Assembly: GCA_044342325.1 (NCBI GenBank)
Contig: JBIIPZ010000013.1
Span: forward strand, 164-64,163
Direction of reading: 5' to 3'
DNA length: 64,000 nucleotides
From: Terrimicrobiaceae bacterium
Lineage (GTDB): Bacteria > Verrucomicrobiota > Verrucomicrobiia > Chthoniobacterales > Terrimicrobiaceae
Position 1 is the stretch's first letter; every line of letters starts with the position of its first letter. The translations under genes and the position numbers were made by a program. Of the stretch, positions 55,640 through 64,000 are shown one piece after another. Under the pieces are notes generated by a model that saw only the letters and a program-made list of their open reading frames with translations, made no database searches and was not told the origin of the DNA.

Positions 55640-58161
55640 GGAGTCGCACTCAACGCGGAACCGGGAAAACGCTCGGAGAGTTCCTTCATCGCCTTGTCCG
55701 CCTCGGCATCCTTGAAAGCGCGACGGTAGGAATCAACGGCTCTTCTCAGTGCCTTCGGAGTGAGCTTGGGATCATCAACAAGGATGCTGACGGACATGAA
55801 CGCACGTGCGGCGCTTTCGTAGTCTTGCTCAAGAAAGAAGACCTCGCCGGATGCGAGCCGGGCCTCTGCATTGAGCTTACCTTCGGGCTGGAGAAACAAC
55901 GCCTGATCGACTGCCTGTCGGGCGGAGGCAGGACGCTTGAGGGCGATCTCGGCGAATGCCTTGGCAAGATGGGCCCTCGCCTGAGCTTGGGGATTCTGGG
56001 TTGAGGCAAGCGCCTTGTCAGCGGCTTGAGATGCCTCGTCATACTTGGCCAGGGAGAGTTTGGTCTCCGAAATCAAAAGCCAGGCATCCAGGGGAACCGA
56101 AGCCGGATTTTGAACCAGAGGCAGAAGCAACTTTTCCGCCTTGGCGAATTTTTTGTCGTCGAGATGCCCCTGCGCGAGCCAGATGGCTACCTCGGCAGGA
56201 ATGGCTCCGCCCTTGTAATCATCGGCTTCACGGGCGGCAGCGGCGCGATCCTGAAGCTGGTATTGGGCGAGCAGGATGCGGAGCGTGGCACGGTCTGCGT
56301 AGTTTTTGGAATCCAGAAGCCGGGCTTTGTCGAGAAGGGTGATGGCTTGAGGGTAGTCCTTGTTTTCAAAGGCCGCCCAACCGAGCCAGAAGTTGGCCTG
56401 CGCAGCGGCGGCGGAGTTCGGGTAGCGCTTCAGTAACTCCTGAAATGCAGCTGCCATCTCGGGGTATTTATTGAGTTGGCCGAGAGTAAGGGCTTTTTGA
56501 AGGAGGGCTATCTCGACCTCCTTGCTGAATTGGAAACGGGTGATGACCTCCTCGAAGTCGGCGAGCGCTTCGGTGTGAGCTTGAGCTTTTTGCCGGGCGA
56601 GACCTCGCTGCAGGACGGCGGTGGCAGCGAGTTTGTCGCCGGGGTATTTCTCGGCGAATGCCGTGTAAGCCCGAATGGCGCCCACACTGTCACCTGAGGC
56701 ATCGAGAGCCCATGCGAGCTTGTAGAGAGCGGCAGAGCGCTGTTCGGGCTTGAGCGAAGGATTTTCTACAAGCGGCGCGTAGGCTTTGGCTGCCGCAGCG
56801 TAGTCGGGTTTCTGGAAGAGCGCCTCGGCTTTGAGAAGGGCTGCAGAGGCGCTTTGCTTCGGATCAGTGGATGCCGCCAGAAAACGGTCCACTTCGGCAA
56901 CGAGAGAGGGGTCCCTCGTCGCGTAGAGGCTCAGCAGGCGCTGGTAGCGGACATCGGCAGATGCAGTGCTTGGATTTTCCGAAACGATGCGATCATAAAC
57001 GCGCTTGGCTTGCTCTTCATTCCCGGTGCGTCTCCAAGCAGCGGCAAGGATACCCAATGCGTCGGGGCGCGCAGATGCTGGCAAATCCCTCTCGATCCCC
57101 TCGCCCATCTGGGTAATTCCACGGAAGTCTCCGGAGTCATAGCGGAGGCGAAGCGCAGCGAGCATCGCCTCGGACTTCATCGCTGGATCCTGTGTGCCTA
57201 AAGCCGCTTTGTCGAAAAGTTGGAGGGCTTTGGCCGTCGAACCAAGTTCCGCAGCGAGGCGGGCGGCCTGCAAGGCAGAGCGGGAGGCGACATCGGGGGA
57301 TGCCGCAGTGCTTGCAAGAAACTCACAAGTCTCAAGGGCTGCCTGTTTTTTTCCTTGTTTCAACTGAATCGCGGCGAGTGCCAGTGCAGCATTTTCGCGA
57401 TAGGGATTCTCGCCCTCGGTTGCCAGAACGGCCTTGTAACGGTCTTCGGCGGATTGATTTTGTTGGAGAGCGTCGAAGCTTCGCGCGGCGAAGTAGGCTG
57501 CAGCCAGGCGAATACCCGGTTGATTGGCTTCGCGGACGGCGAGATCGAATTGGATGGTGGCGGGCTGATGAAGATTTTCCGTAGCGAGGATTTCGCCGAG
57601 GCGGCAGGCCCCTGCAGCAGCAAACTCGCCGGTCTGAAATTGCATGAGAAGCTTTTCGTAAGCGGCACGGGAAGCGGCAGCATTTCCAGCCATTCGGTGG
57701 CACTCGGCCAGACGAAAGAGGGCCACATCGCGGGCTGGCGAGGTGGAGTCCGCAATCAGAAACGCCTCATATTCTGGAATAGCCAGATCGTAGAGCTTGC
57801 GCGAGTAGAGATTGTTTGCGCGATCCAACGCCGAGTCTGCAGGCGACCCCGCACCGCCTGCGGGCGCGATGCGAATGTTTTGAGGGTCATCCAAAACGGT
57901 GGGTGTGGAAGCGGGATGCGCGACGGCAGGAACTGGAGAAGGTTCCACTGCAGGGGGTGGGACAGCCTGTGCGGGAGCTGGAGGCTTCACCGACTCCGCA
58001 CGGCGAACTTCCACAGGTTGACCATCCGGCAAGCGATCCATCCAGGAAGGGTTCTGATAGTTATCCAGCGCAGGGGCGTTCGCAGGCAACGCACGGCGAA
58101 CTTCCTGAGCATTGCAAATGGCACCAAGGCTCAGAAGGGTGAGAATCGTCGCCCGCTTCAT
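55636..58161 (-). CDS. Secreted Pro-rich + multi-TPR protein (841 aa)
   Basis: Signal peptide, then a Pro-rich stretch (KPPAPAQAVPPPAVEPSPVPAVAHP), then many TPR-like repeats. Its ATG overlaps the exbD stop (ATGA). Confidence 0.8.
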   Translation of the reverse strand: MKRATILTLLSLGAICNAQEVRRALPANAPALDNYQNPSWMDRLPDGQPVEVRRAESVKPPAPAQAVPPPAVEPSPVPAVAHPASTPTVLDDPQNIRIAPAGGAGSPADSALDRANNLYSRKLYDLAIPEYEAFLIADSTSPARDVALFRLAECHRMAGNAAASRAAYEKLLMQFQTGEFAAAGACRLGEILATENLHQPATIQFDLAVREANQPGIRLAAAYFAARSFDALQQNQSAEDRYKAVLATEGENPYRENAALALAAIQLKQGKKQAALETCEFLASTAASPDVASRSALQAARLAAELGSTAKALQLFDKAALGTQDPAMKSEAMLAALRLRYDSGDFRGITQMGEGIERDLPASARPDALGILAAAWRRTGNEEQAKRVYDRIVSENPSTASADVRYQRLLSLYATRDPSLVAEVDRFLAASTDPKQSASAALLKAEALFQKPDYAAAAKAYAPLVENPSLKPEQRSAALYKLAWALDASGDSVGAIRAYTAFAEKYPGDKLAATAVLQRGLARQKAQAHTEALADFEEVITRFQFSKEVEIALLQKALTLGQLNKYPEMAAAFQELLKRYPNSAAAAQANFWLGWAAFENKDYPQAITLLDKARLLDSKNYADRATLRILLAQYQLQDRAAAAREADDYKGGAIPAEVAIWLAQGHLDDKKFAKAEKLLLPLVQNPASVPLDAWLLISETKLSLAKYDEASQAADKALASTQNPQAQARAHLAKAFAEIALKRPASARQAVDQALFLQPEGKLNAEARLASGEVFFLEQDYESAARAFMSVSILVDDPKLTPKALRRAVDSYRRAFKDAEADKAMKELSERFPGSALSATP

Positions 58162-58571
58162 TGCTGTCGGCTTGTCGCGAAGGCAACATTCCAGATATTC
58201 GCGCGGCGGCAGGCATCCAGCACATCCACGACATACCGATAGTCCGTGCTCTCATCCGCACGGAGGATCACTGCCTGGTCAGGATAGAGTGAGACAATCT
58301 TGGTGAGAGTTTCCAAGAGGGCTGCGGAATCCATACTCCGGCGGTTCATCACGACCGTGCCGTCGGATTTGATATTCAGAATGACCTCACCGACAGCGCG
58401 CCGAGTTTCCTTGCCTTCGCGGGCCTTCGGCACCTTCACCTCCAACTCGGTTTCGTTTCTCGAGAAATTCCAAGTGACCAGGAAAAAGATGAGGAGGAGA
58501 AAAACAATATCCACCATCGGAGCGATCTGAAAACCCGGAGAGGTCGGTTGAATGGAACCGCGAAAATTCAT
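58158..58571 (-). CDS. exbD: ExbD/TolR family biopolymer transport protein
   Basis: IAPMVDIVFLLLIFFLV TM segment and a periplasmic ExbD domain. Start at ATG 58571. Confidence 0.85.
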   Translation of the reverse strand: MNFRGSIQPTSPGFQIAPMVDIVFLLLIFFLVTWNFSRNETELEVKVPKAREGKETRRAVGEVILNIKSDGTVVMNRRSMDSAALLETLTKIVSLYPDQAVILRADESTDYRYVVDVLDACRRANIWNVAFATSRQQ

Positions 58572-58572
58572 T

Positions 58573-59286
58573 TCAATCGTTCGATTTGGACACGCTGATG
58601 TGGGCAAGCAGGACTGTGGAGGCCGCCTCGAGATCAGAAATCATTCCCTGCACTCGACCGCGAAAAAACGCGTAGAAGGCCATAAGAGGAATGCCGATGA
58701 CGAGTCCCGCCGCTGTGGTGATAAGCGCCTCGGCAACGCCACCTGCGAGGAGCATAGGGCGTGAGGAAACAACATCGTTGGCCACAACGGTGAAGGAAGT
58801 GATCATTCCCAGAACCGTGCCAAGGAGGCCAAGCATTGGCGCGATGGAACCGATGTCCGCGAGATAGCTGATGCGTTGATTCCAGAGACTGGCCAGTCGC
58901 ATACCCTCGGCTTGAGCGATCTCCCGCACCTCTGCCATGGATGATGTTGGGTTTTTTGTGAGAAAATTCAGCGACCGCTCCATCACGCTCGCGATGGCCT
59001 CGTTGTGGCGGTTTGAAAGAGCCAAGAGGCCGAGGTAGTCGCCTTTGCGAATGAGCGCATCCGCCGCTTGCATGTAGCGGTTACTCACCACCGCACCCCG
59101 GTGCAAGGTCATGAGATAAATCAAGATCAACATGAGCCCCAGAACGGAAATGGCACCCAGCGGATACATGACTGGGCCGCCGGATTGAATGATCTGCCAA
59201 AGGTCTGTTGGGGGCGCGGTCTGTTCCTGAGAAAAGGCCGGAGACGCGACCGCCAGCAACGATGCGGCGGAGAGGATCAGTTTCAT
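58573..59286 (-). CDS. exbB: MotA/TolQ/ExbB proton-channel protein
   Basis: Signal-like N-terminus and C-terminal GLLGTVLGMI...AEALITTAAGL motifs. Confidence 0.85.
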   Translation of the reverse strand: MKLILSAASLLAVASPAFSQEQTAPPTDLWQIIQSGGPVMYPLGAISVLGLMLILIYLMTLHRGAVVSNRYMQAADALIRKGDYLGLLALSNRHNEAIASVMERSLNFLTKNPTSSMAEVREIAQAEGMRLASLWNQRISYLADIGSIAPMLGLLGTVLGMITSFTVVANDVVSSRPMLLAGGVAEALITTAAGLVIGIPLMAFYAFFRGRVQGMISDLEAASTVLLAHISVSKSND

Positions 59287-59363
59287 AGGCGCAAAGATTA
59301 TCAGTGCGCCACCTGCTTGCAAGCCCTGCTCCACGAGCAGGGGACTTGCGAAGCCGTGTATTT

Positions 59364-60638
59364 CTACTGCTGCATTCCGGAAATGATGCTGATGAGCGGC
59401 ATGAAGAGAGCAATGACGATTGTTCCCACCACGACAGCCAGGAAAACAATCATCACAGGCTCGAGCATGGAAGTGAGGCCGGCGACGGCATTATCCACTT
59501 CGTCGTCGTAGACATCGGCGATTTTGAGAAGCATGTCGGGCAACTGGCCGGTTTCCTCACCGACATCGATCATACTGACTACCATGGGAGGAAAAATCCC
59601 GCTGGCTTCGAGTGGTTGCACGATCGACTCGCCCTCACGCACGCTGTCATGGACGCGGTTGATGGCTCCGGCGATCACTGCGTTGCCTGCGGTTTCGCGT
59701 GTGATGTTGAGGGCTTGAAGGATCGGCACGCCGCTTGTGACAAGGGTGCCGAGCGTTCTTGAAAAACGAGAGATCGCACTTTTCTTAGTGAGGTCGCCGA
59801 AAAGCGGAGCGCGTAGCAGGAAAGCATCTATGGCGGCAGAGCCTTTCGGTGTTTGCGAAGCGAATTTGTATGCCACGGCGAGTCCTGCGATCGCTCCAAC
59901 GATGAGCAGAAGGTTGTTTTTAACGAAATTGCTTGTTCCGATGACGAACTGAGTCAACCCGGGTAGCGGCTTACCACCGAGCATGTCAGCAAAAATGGCT
60001 TCGAATTTCGGAACGATGAAAACGAGCAAGAAAGCCATGATGACTATGGCAATGACCAGAACGATCACCGGGTAGAACATAGCCGAAACGACTTTGTTCT
60101 TTGTCTTCTGGGCTTTTTCTTGGAACTCGGCGAGACGCAGCAGGACGATCTCCAGCACACCACCGAGTTCACCGGCCTTGACCATGTTGATGTAGAGCTT
60201 GTTGAAAATACGCGGGTGACCGGCCAAGGCTTCGGAAAATGTCCCGCCACCTTGGACGGAATCGGCGATGCCAATGATGGTTTTTTTGAGAACGGGATCG
60301 GGCTCCTGCTTGGAAAGCACAGTCAAACCGCGAAGGAGTGGCAAGCCCGCGTCGATGAGCGTGGCCAACTGCCTCGTGAAAATCATGAGAGTCCGTCCCT
60401 TGATCGTCTTCTTTTCAAGGAAGGGAATGTTCAGGTTGATCTTGATGTCTTTCTTGGCAACAGATGCCGAAGGCGCTGCAGCCTTGCGCTTGGGGGCCTT
60501 ACCGCCCTCTGTGATCGACTTGGGAAAGTAGCCCGCCTGCCTGATCTGGGCTACGGCTTCGGCTTGGGAGGCGGCGTCAATGACCCCGGTAGTTTCCTGG
60601 CCTCGGGCGTCGAGTGCGACATAGTTGAAGCTTGGCAT
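59364..60638 (-). CDS. GspF/PilC-family platform protein (second paralogue, no cognate ATPase in the window)
   Basis: MPSFNYVALDARGQETTGVIDAASQAEAVAQIRQAGYFP N-terminus and two T2SSF repeats (GGTFSEALAGHP..., GESIVQPLEASGIFP...). Confidence 0.9.
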   Translation of the reverse strand: MPSFNYVALDARGQETTGVIDAASQAEAVAQIRQAGYFPKSITEGGKAPKRKAAAPSASVAKKDIKINLNIPFLEKKTIKGRTLMIFTRQLATLIDAGLPLLRGLTVLSKQEPDPVLKKTIIGIADSVQGGGTFSEALAGHPRIFNKLYINMVKAGELGGVLEIVLLRLAEFQEKAQKTKNKVVSAMFYPVIVLVIAIVIMAFLLVFIVPKFEAIFADMLGGKPLPGLTQFVIGTSNFVKNNLLLIVGAIAGLAVAYKFASQTPKGSAAIDAFLLRAPLFGDLTKKSAISRFSRTLGTLVTSGVPILQALNITRETAGNAVIAGAINRVHDSVREGESIVQPLEASGIFPPMVVSMIDVGEETGQLPDMLLKIADVYDDEVDNAVAGLTSMLEPVMIVFLAVVVGTIVIALFMPLISIISGMQQ

Positions 60639-60712
60639 AAAATGTATCTGGGTTGGTGGATGTCTGAGCGAAATGAATGAGCAATCCGCTGTCGTCTGTC
60701 GAGCTTGGATTT

Positions 60713-61327
60713 TCAGGACTGGCCGATATACGGATTCCATGCGACTTCATGGCCGACTGTGGTTTCCGGCCCATGCCCTGGCAGGACGCGCGTCGCTGGG
60801 TCGAGTGGAAAGATTTTTTTGCGAATCCCATCGAAAAGGAGCGGACCATCGCCGCCTGGCAGATCCCAGCGGCCCACGCCCTCGCGGAAAAGGACATCAC
60901 CCGCCACGAGCAAACCCTCTTCGGCAAAGTAAAAGCACAGACTTCCCGGGCAATGCCCTGGCACATGGAGGCACAGGATTTTCAATCCACAGATCGCCTG
61001 CGTTTCTCCCTCCTCGAGGAGCAGATCAGCAGAGCAGGGTTCGTATTGGATATCGAATCCATGCTTCTTAAAAAAAGCCCCATCAGCCAGCATCGGGGCT
61101 GTGTCTGGGTGAAAAGCCACTCGGCATCCATGGCGGCGCTGGATTTTTGCGGCATCCATCACATGGTCGAAATGTCCATGGGTGAGAATAAGCCAATCGA
61201 TCTTCTCGCCGGCAAAGTGTTCATCCGCTCCCTGGGGAGCATCGAAAAGAATGTTTCCCGAAGGGGTCTGAAAAAAATAGGCGTTGGTGTCTAGAGGACC
61301 ACCGGTAAAAATATTGAACGGCTTCAT
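60713..61327 (-). CDS. MBL-fold metallo-hydrolase (glyoxalase II-like)
   Basis: LTHGHFDH motif plus the downstream His/Asp ligand pattern (HVPGHCPGS). Start at ATG 61327. Confidence 0.85.
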   Translation of the reverse strand: MKPFNIFTGGPLDTNAYFFQTPSGNILFDAPQGADEHFAGEKIDWLILTHGHFDHVMDAAKIQRRHGCRVAFHPDTAPMLADGAFFKKHGFDIQYEPCSADLLLEEGETQAICGLKILCLHVPGHCPGSLCFYFAEEGLLVAGDVLFREGVGRWDLPGGDGPLLFDGIRKKIFPLDPATRVLPGHGPETTVGHEVAWNPYIGQS

Positions 61328-61405
61328 GTGCTGTTGGGTCGTATGATGAGAAAGCGGAGATTTGATTTTTGTCGACTTCTCTGCAAGGTTTTCAATCCAT
61401 CCATC

Positions 61406-63616
61406 ATGAATTTTTCCAAACACGCCATCGCCACCATTTTCACGGCGCTGGCTTTACTCCTTCCGGCTCGCGCCGAAAAATCCAACGCGGTCGATCAGGG
61501 GCAAGTCGCCTTGGCCGTCGCAAACTGGCTTCAGCAGGCGCACTACAGCCGCAAGGAAATGGATGCGGAGATGTCGGCCAAGCTTCTCGCGACCTATCTT
61601 GAGCTTCTGGACTATAACAAACTCTACTTCACGCAGCAGGATGTGGATGAATTCACGCTGAAGTATGGCGAATCGCTACATAAATTCATCCGCTCCGGCG
61701 ACCTCTCGCCGTCCAGGGAAATCTTTCAGCGCTTCAAGGAACGAGTGGAGAACCGCGTGGCTACTAACAAGAAACTCGCGTCAAAAAAATACGATTTCCA
61801 AGGAAAGCGCGAGGTTGAGCTGAACCGTCAGAAATCTCCTTGGCCGAAGAATCTCGATGAGGCCGACAAAATCTGGCGCGACCGTGTGGAGGCCGAACTC
61901 CTTCAAGAACACCTGAGCGAACTCAAACTCCGCTCGCCAGAAGAGACCGTGACACGCCGCTACGACCAAGCCCTGCGTAATGTGCGTGAGATGAGTCCGG
62001 ATGATGTCACTAGCACCTTTCTCAAGGCTCTGACCCAAAGCTACGACCCCCACTCGGAATACATGAGCCCGACAGAGATGGAGAATTTCCAGATCAACAT
62101 GAAGCTCTCGCTCGTGGGCATCGGAGCTGTGCTGCGCTCTGAGGATGGCTACACAAAAATCATGGAGATCGTGCCTGGAGGCCCTGCCGACCGCGATGGA
62201 CGCCTGAAGGTCGGTGACCGAATCCTTGCCGTTGGACAAGGCGAGAAGGAGTTTGAGGATGTCGTGGATATGAAACTCGACAAGGTCGTGGAGAAAATCC
62301 GCGGCGCCAAAAATTCCGTCGTTCGCCTGCAGGTCATACCGAACGATGCGGATGATCCCTCAAAACGCTCAATCGTCGAGATAACCCGCGATGAGGTGAA
62401 GCTGAAGGATCAGGAGGCTAAGGCTGAACTTCTGGATGTGACCGACCCCGAGGGCAAGGTGGCCCGTATCGGCTGGATCACTCTGCCATCGTTCTACGCC
62501 AACATGAGCGGCGACGGAGAACCCAAGAGCACGACAGTGGATGTCGAAGCGCTTCTGACGCGGCTAAAAAAAGAAAACATCGAAGGGCTTGTCATTGACC
62601 TCCGCCGAGATGGTGGCGGCTCGCTCGAAGAAGCCATCAATCTCACCGGGCTCTTCATTCCTCAAGGACCAGTTGTTCAAGCCAAGGATCCGAGCGGGAA
62701 AATCACGGTAAACAACGACAAAAACCCGGAGGTTTCCTACTCAGGCCCGATGATCGTTCTGATGAACCGCCTGAGCGCCTCGGCGAGTGAGATTTTTGCA
62801 GCCGCGCTCCAAGACTACGGACGCGCGCTGGTGGTTGGTGACGAGCGGAGTTTCGGTAAAGGCACAGTGCAGACGATCGTAGACCTCGACAAATCCATGT
62901 CGCTGCCATTTTTCAATGTTAAGAAACCGGAGGCTGGTGCTCTCAAACTCACGATCCAAAAGTTCTACCGTATTCTCGGCGGCTCGACTCAGATCAAAGG
63001 CGTGGAATCGGACATCATTCTCCCCTCCCGCACAGACAATGCCGAAATCGGCGAAGCCTCACTCAAAAACCCACTCGACTATGACGAGGTGGCACCTGTT
63101 ATTTTGATATCCAAGGAAAAGACTCCAGCGGCCAGCCTTTTTGTTGAGGAACTTCGCGAGCGCTCAAAAAAACGCATCCAAAGCGATCAGGAGTTTATTT
63201 ATGTGAATGAAGATATGCAGCGCTTCCGCGAGCGCATTGCCAAAAACACCATCAGCACAAACGAGGACATCCGCCGCAAGGAACTCGCTGATGAGAAAAA
63301 ACGCAAGGAAGCCCGCAAGCAGGAACGGGCGGCCCGTGGTTCCATGGTGAATGCCAAGGTCTGGCAAGTCACACTCGACGATGTGAAGAACAACCGCGAG
63401 GACTTGGAAGTCGTCGCCTACGAGCGCGAGCGCGATAAAAAATACAACATCGAAGAGGAATCAGACGAGTCGGAAGAAGAGAAGAAGGAAGCCAAGAAAA
63501 CTCCCGAACCAGATCCGATCCGCAATGAAGCCGTCCGCATCATCAGCGACCTGATCGAACTTAGTAACCCTGCCAGAACGGCGAAGGTCACCGAAAACCG
63601 GCAGAATCTGGACTAA
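61406..63616 (+). CDS. prc: Tail-specific (C-terminal processing) protease
   Basis: Signal peptide, PDZ region (GIGAVLRSEDGYTKIMEIVPGGPADRDGRLKVGDRILAV), S41 core (DLRRDGGGSL...SASASEIFA) and a Lys/Glu-rich C-terminus. Confidence 0.9.
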   Translation: MNFSKHAIATIFTALALLLPARAEKSNAVDQGQVALAVANWLQQAHYSRKEMDAEMSAKLLATYLELLDYNKLYFTQQDVDEFTLKYGESLHKFIRSGDLSPSREIFQRFKERVENRVATNKKLASKKYDFQGKREVELNRQKSPWPKNLDEADKIWRDRVEAELLQEHLSELKLRSPEETVTRRYDQALRNVREMSPDDVTSTFLKALTQSYDPHSEYMSPTEMENFQINMKLSLVGIGAVLRSEDGYTKIMEIVPGGPADRDGRLKVGDRILAVGQGEKEFEDVVDMKLDKVVEKIRGAKNSVVRLQVIPNDADDPSKRSIVEITRDEVKLKDQEAKAELLDVTDPEGKVARIGWITLPSFYANMSGDGEPKSTTVDVEALLTRLKKENIEGLVIDLRRDGGGSLEEAINLTGLFIPQGPVVQAKDPSGKITVNNDKNPEVSYSGPMIVLMNRLSASASEIFAAALQDYGRALVVGDERSFGKGTVQTIVDLDKSMSLPFFNVKKPEAGALKLTIQKFYRILGGSTQIKGVESDIILPSRTDNAEIGEASLKNPLDYDEVAPVILISKEKTPAASLFVEELRERSKKRIQSDQEFIYVNEDMQRFRERIAKNTISTNEDIRRKELADEKKRKEARKQERAARGSMVNAKVWQVTLDDVKNNREDLEVVAYERERDKKYNIEEESDESEEEKKEAKKTPEPDPIRNEAVRIISDLIELSNPARTAKVTENRQNLD

Positions 63617-63883
63617 CAGGCTGAGTCCCGGGGATCGCATCCGCTCTATGAGCTGCGGGCGCAAGCGTGGTTTGTTTGTCGATGAGGTGGAGGCGCGCTT
63701 CGTAATCCAAGGTAGAGATGCCGCGCCGTCGGCGTCCCAAGATTCAGCCGCCCCGGCAGCGTTTCTTCTGGATGCAATGGCGGCTCCAGCCTCTGCGCTT
63801 CGCGTCTCCGGCTTAGCAAGCACGCCGCGCAAATAGGTCAGCGGCGGCGCGCCGACCCTACCTTGTATACTCGAGCGCACTGC

Positions 63884-63969
63884 CGCGCGATTGCTGTAGC
63901 AGCGTCTCTATGAGCGCTGGGGGGGGCTCCGATTCGGCAGTCATAGACAGCCGCTACAAAACCGCGCGG
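63884..63969. repeat. REP-like imperfect palindrome
   Basis: The left arm cgcgcgattgctgtagcagcgtctctatgagcgc matches the reverse complement of the right arm gcagtcatagacagccgctacaaaaccgcgcg (~80% by eye), around a G8-containing loop. It lies in non-coding DNA after prc. Confidence 0.5.
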
Positions 63970-64000
63970 CAGCGCGAAATCCTTGGAGGGTCGACCTCCG

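Noticed and set aside
57220-58242. 340-aa + strand ORF
   Set aside because: It is antisense to the TPR protein gene and has no recognisable features.
63461-63880. 139-aa minus-strand ORF
   Set aside because: It overlaps the prc 3' end and runs through repeat-rich non-coding DNA. Its Ala/Arg/Ser-rich composition suggests it is not coding.

Overview
High-GC bacterial chromosome segment. From gene content it may be a Verrucomicrobiota/PVC-like organism, but that is a low-confidence inference I cannot check without a search. Layout: (1) 1-10.8 kb: the end of atpC, then a complete, translationally coupled 11-gene type II secretion operon (pseudopilins G-K, L/M-like, a Pro-rich periplasmic protein, secretin, ATPase, platform). 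(2) 10.9-15.2 kb: zwf-opcA and an MsbA-like ABC exporter. (3) 15.2-24.2 kb, minus strand: a tightly coupled polysaccharide operon (GT2, AsnB, 3x GT4, DUF218, adenosine-deaminase-fold amidohydrolase, MBL hydrolase) with a TIGR04073-like exosortase-associated protein just upstream. (4) 24.3-44.4 kb: a clearly accessory, decaying region. It holds a truncated ABC ATPase abutting a GC-rich motif array, a divergent pair of unknown function, and an ~11.7 kb stress/fermentation cassette (USPs, USP::MgtE fusion, ppsA, P-type ATPase, ldhA, broken aldolase) bracketed by ~295-bp direct repeats. It also holds a DinD/DUF4236 insert bracketed by a duplicated Rrf2 3' end, and a 2.8 kb islet (type I R-M wreckage plus intact hipBA) bracketed by a duplicated terC 3' end, next to a degenerate tRNA-Pro-like sequence. 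(5) 44.4-64 kb: housekeeping genes (nucleotidyltransferase, PPK2, amino-acid ABC importer, rsfS-nadD, nagZ, ispH, U32 peptidase, prc) and an exbB-exbD-TPR module preceded by an orphan GspF/PilC platform gene. I found no rRNA, CRISPR array, integrase or transposase. I found no single unmistakable new system. The most interesting leads are the three nested 'target-duplication' islets, the repeat-bracketed stress cassette with the USP::MgtE fusion, the unknown divergent pair at 25.2-26.8 kb, and the ExbBD-TPR/orphan platform arrangement. Every family assignment is motif recognition by eye on the supplied translations, and no database was consulted.
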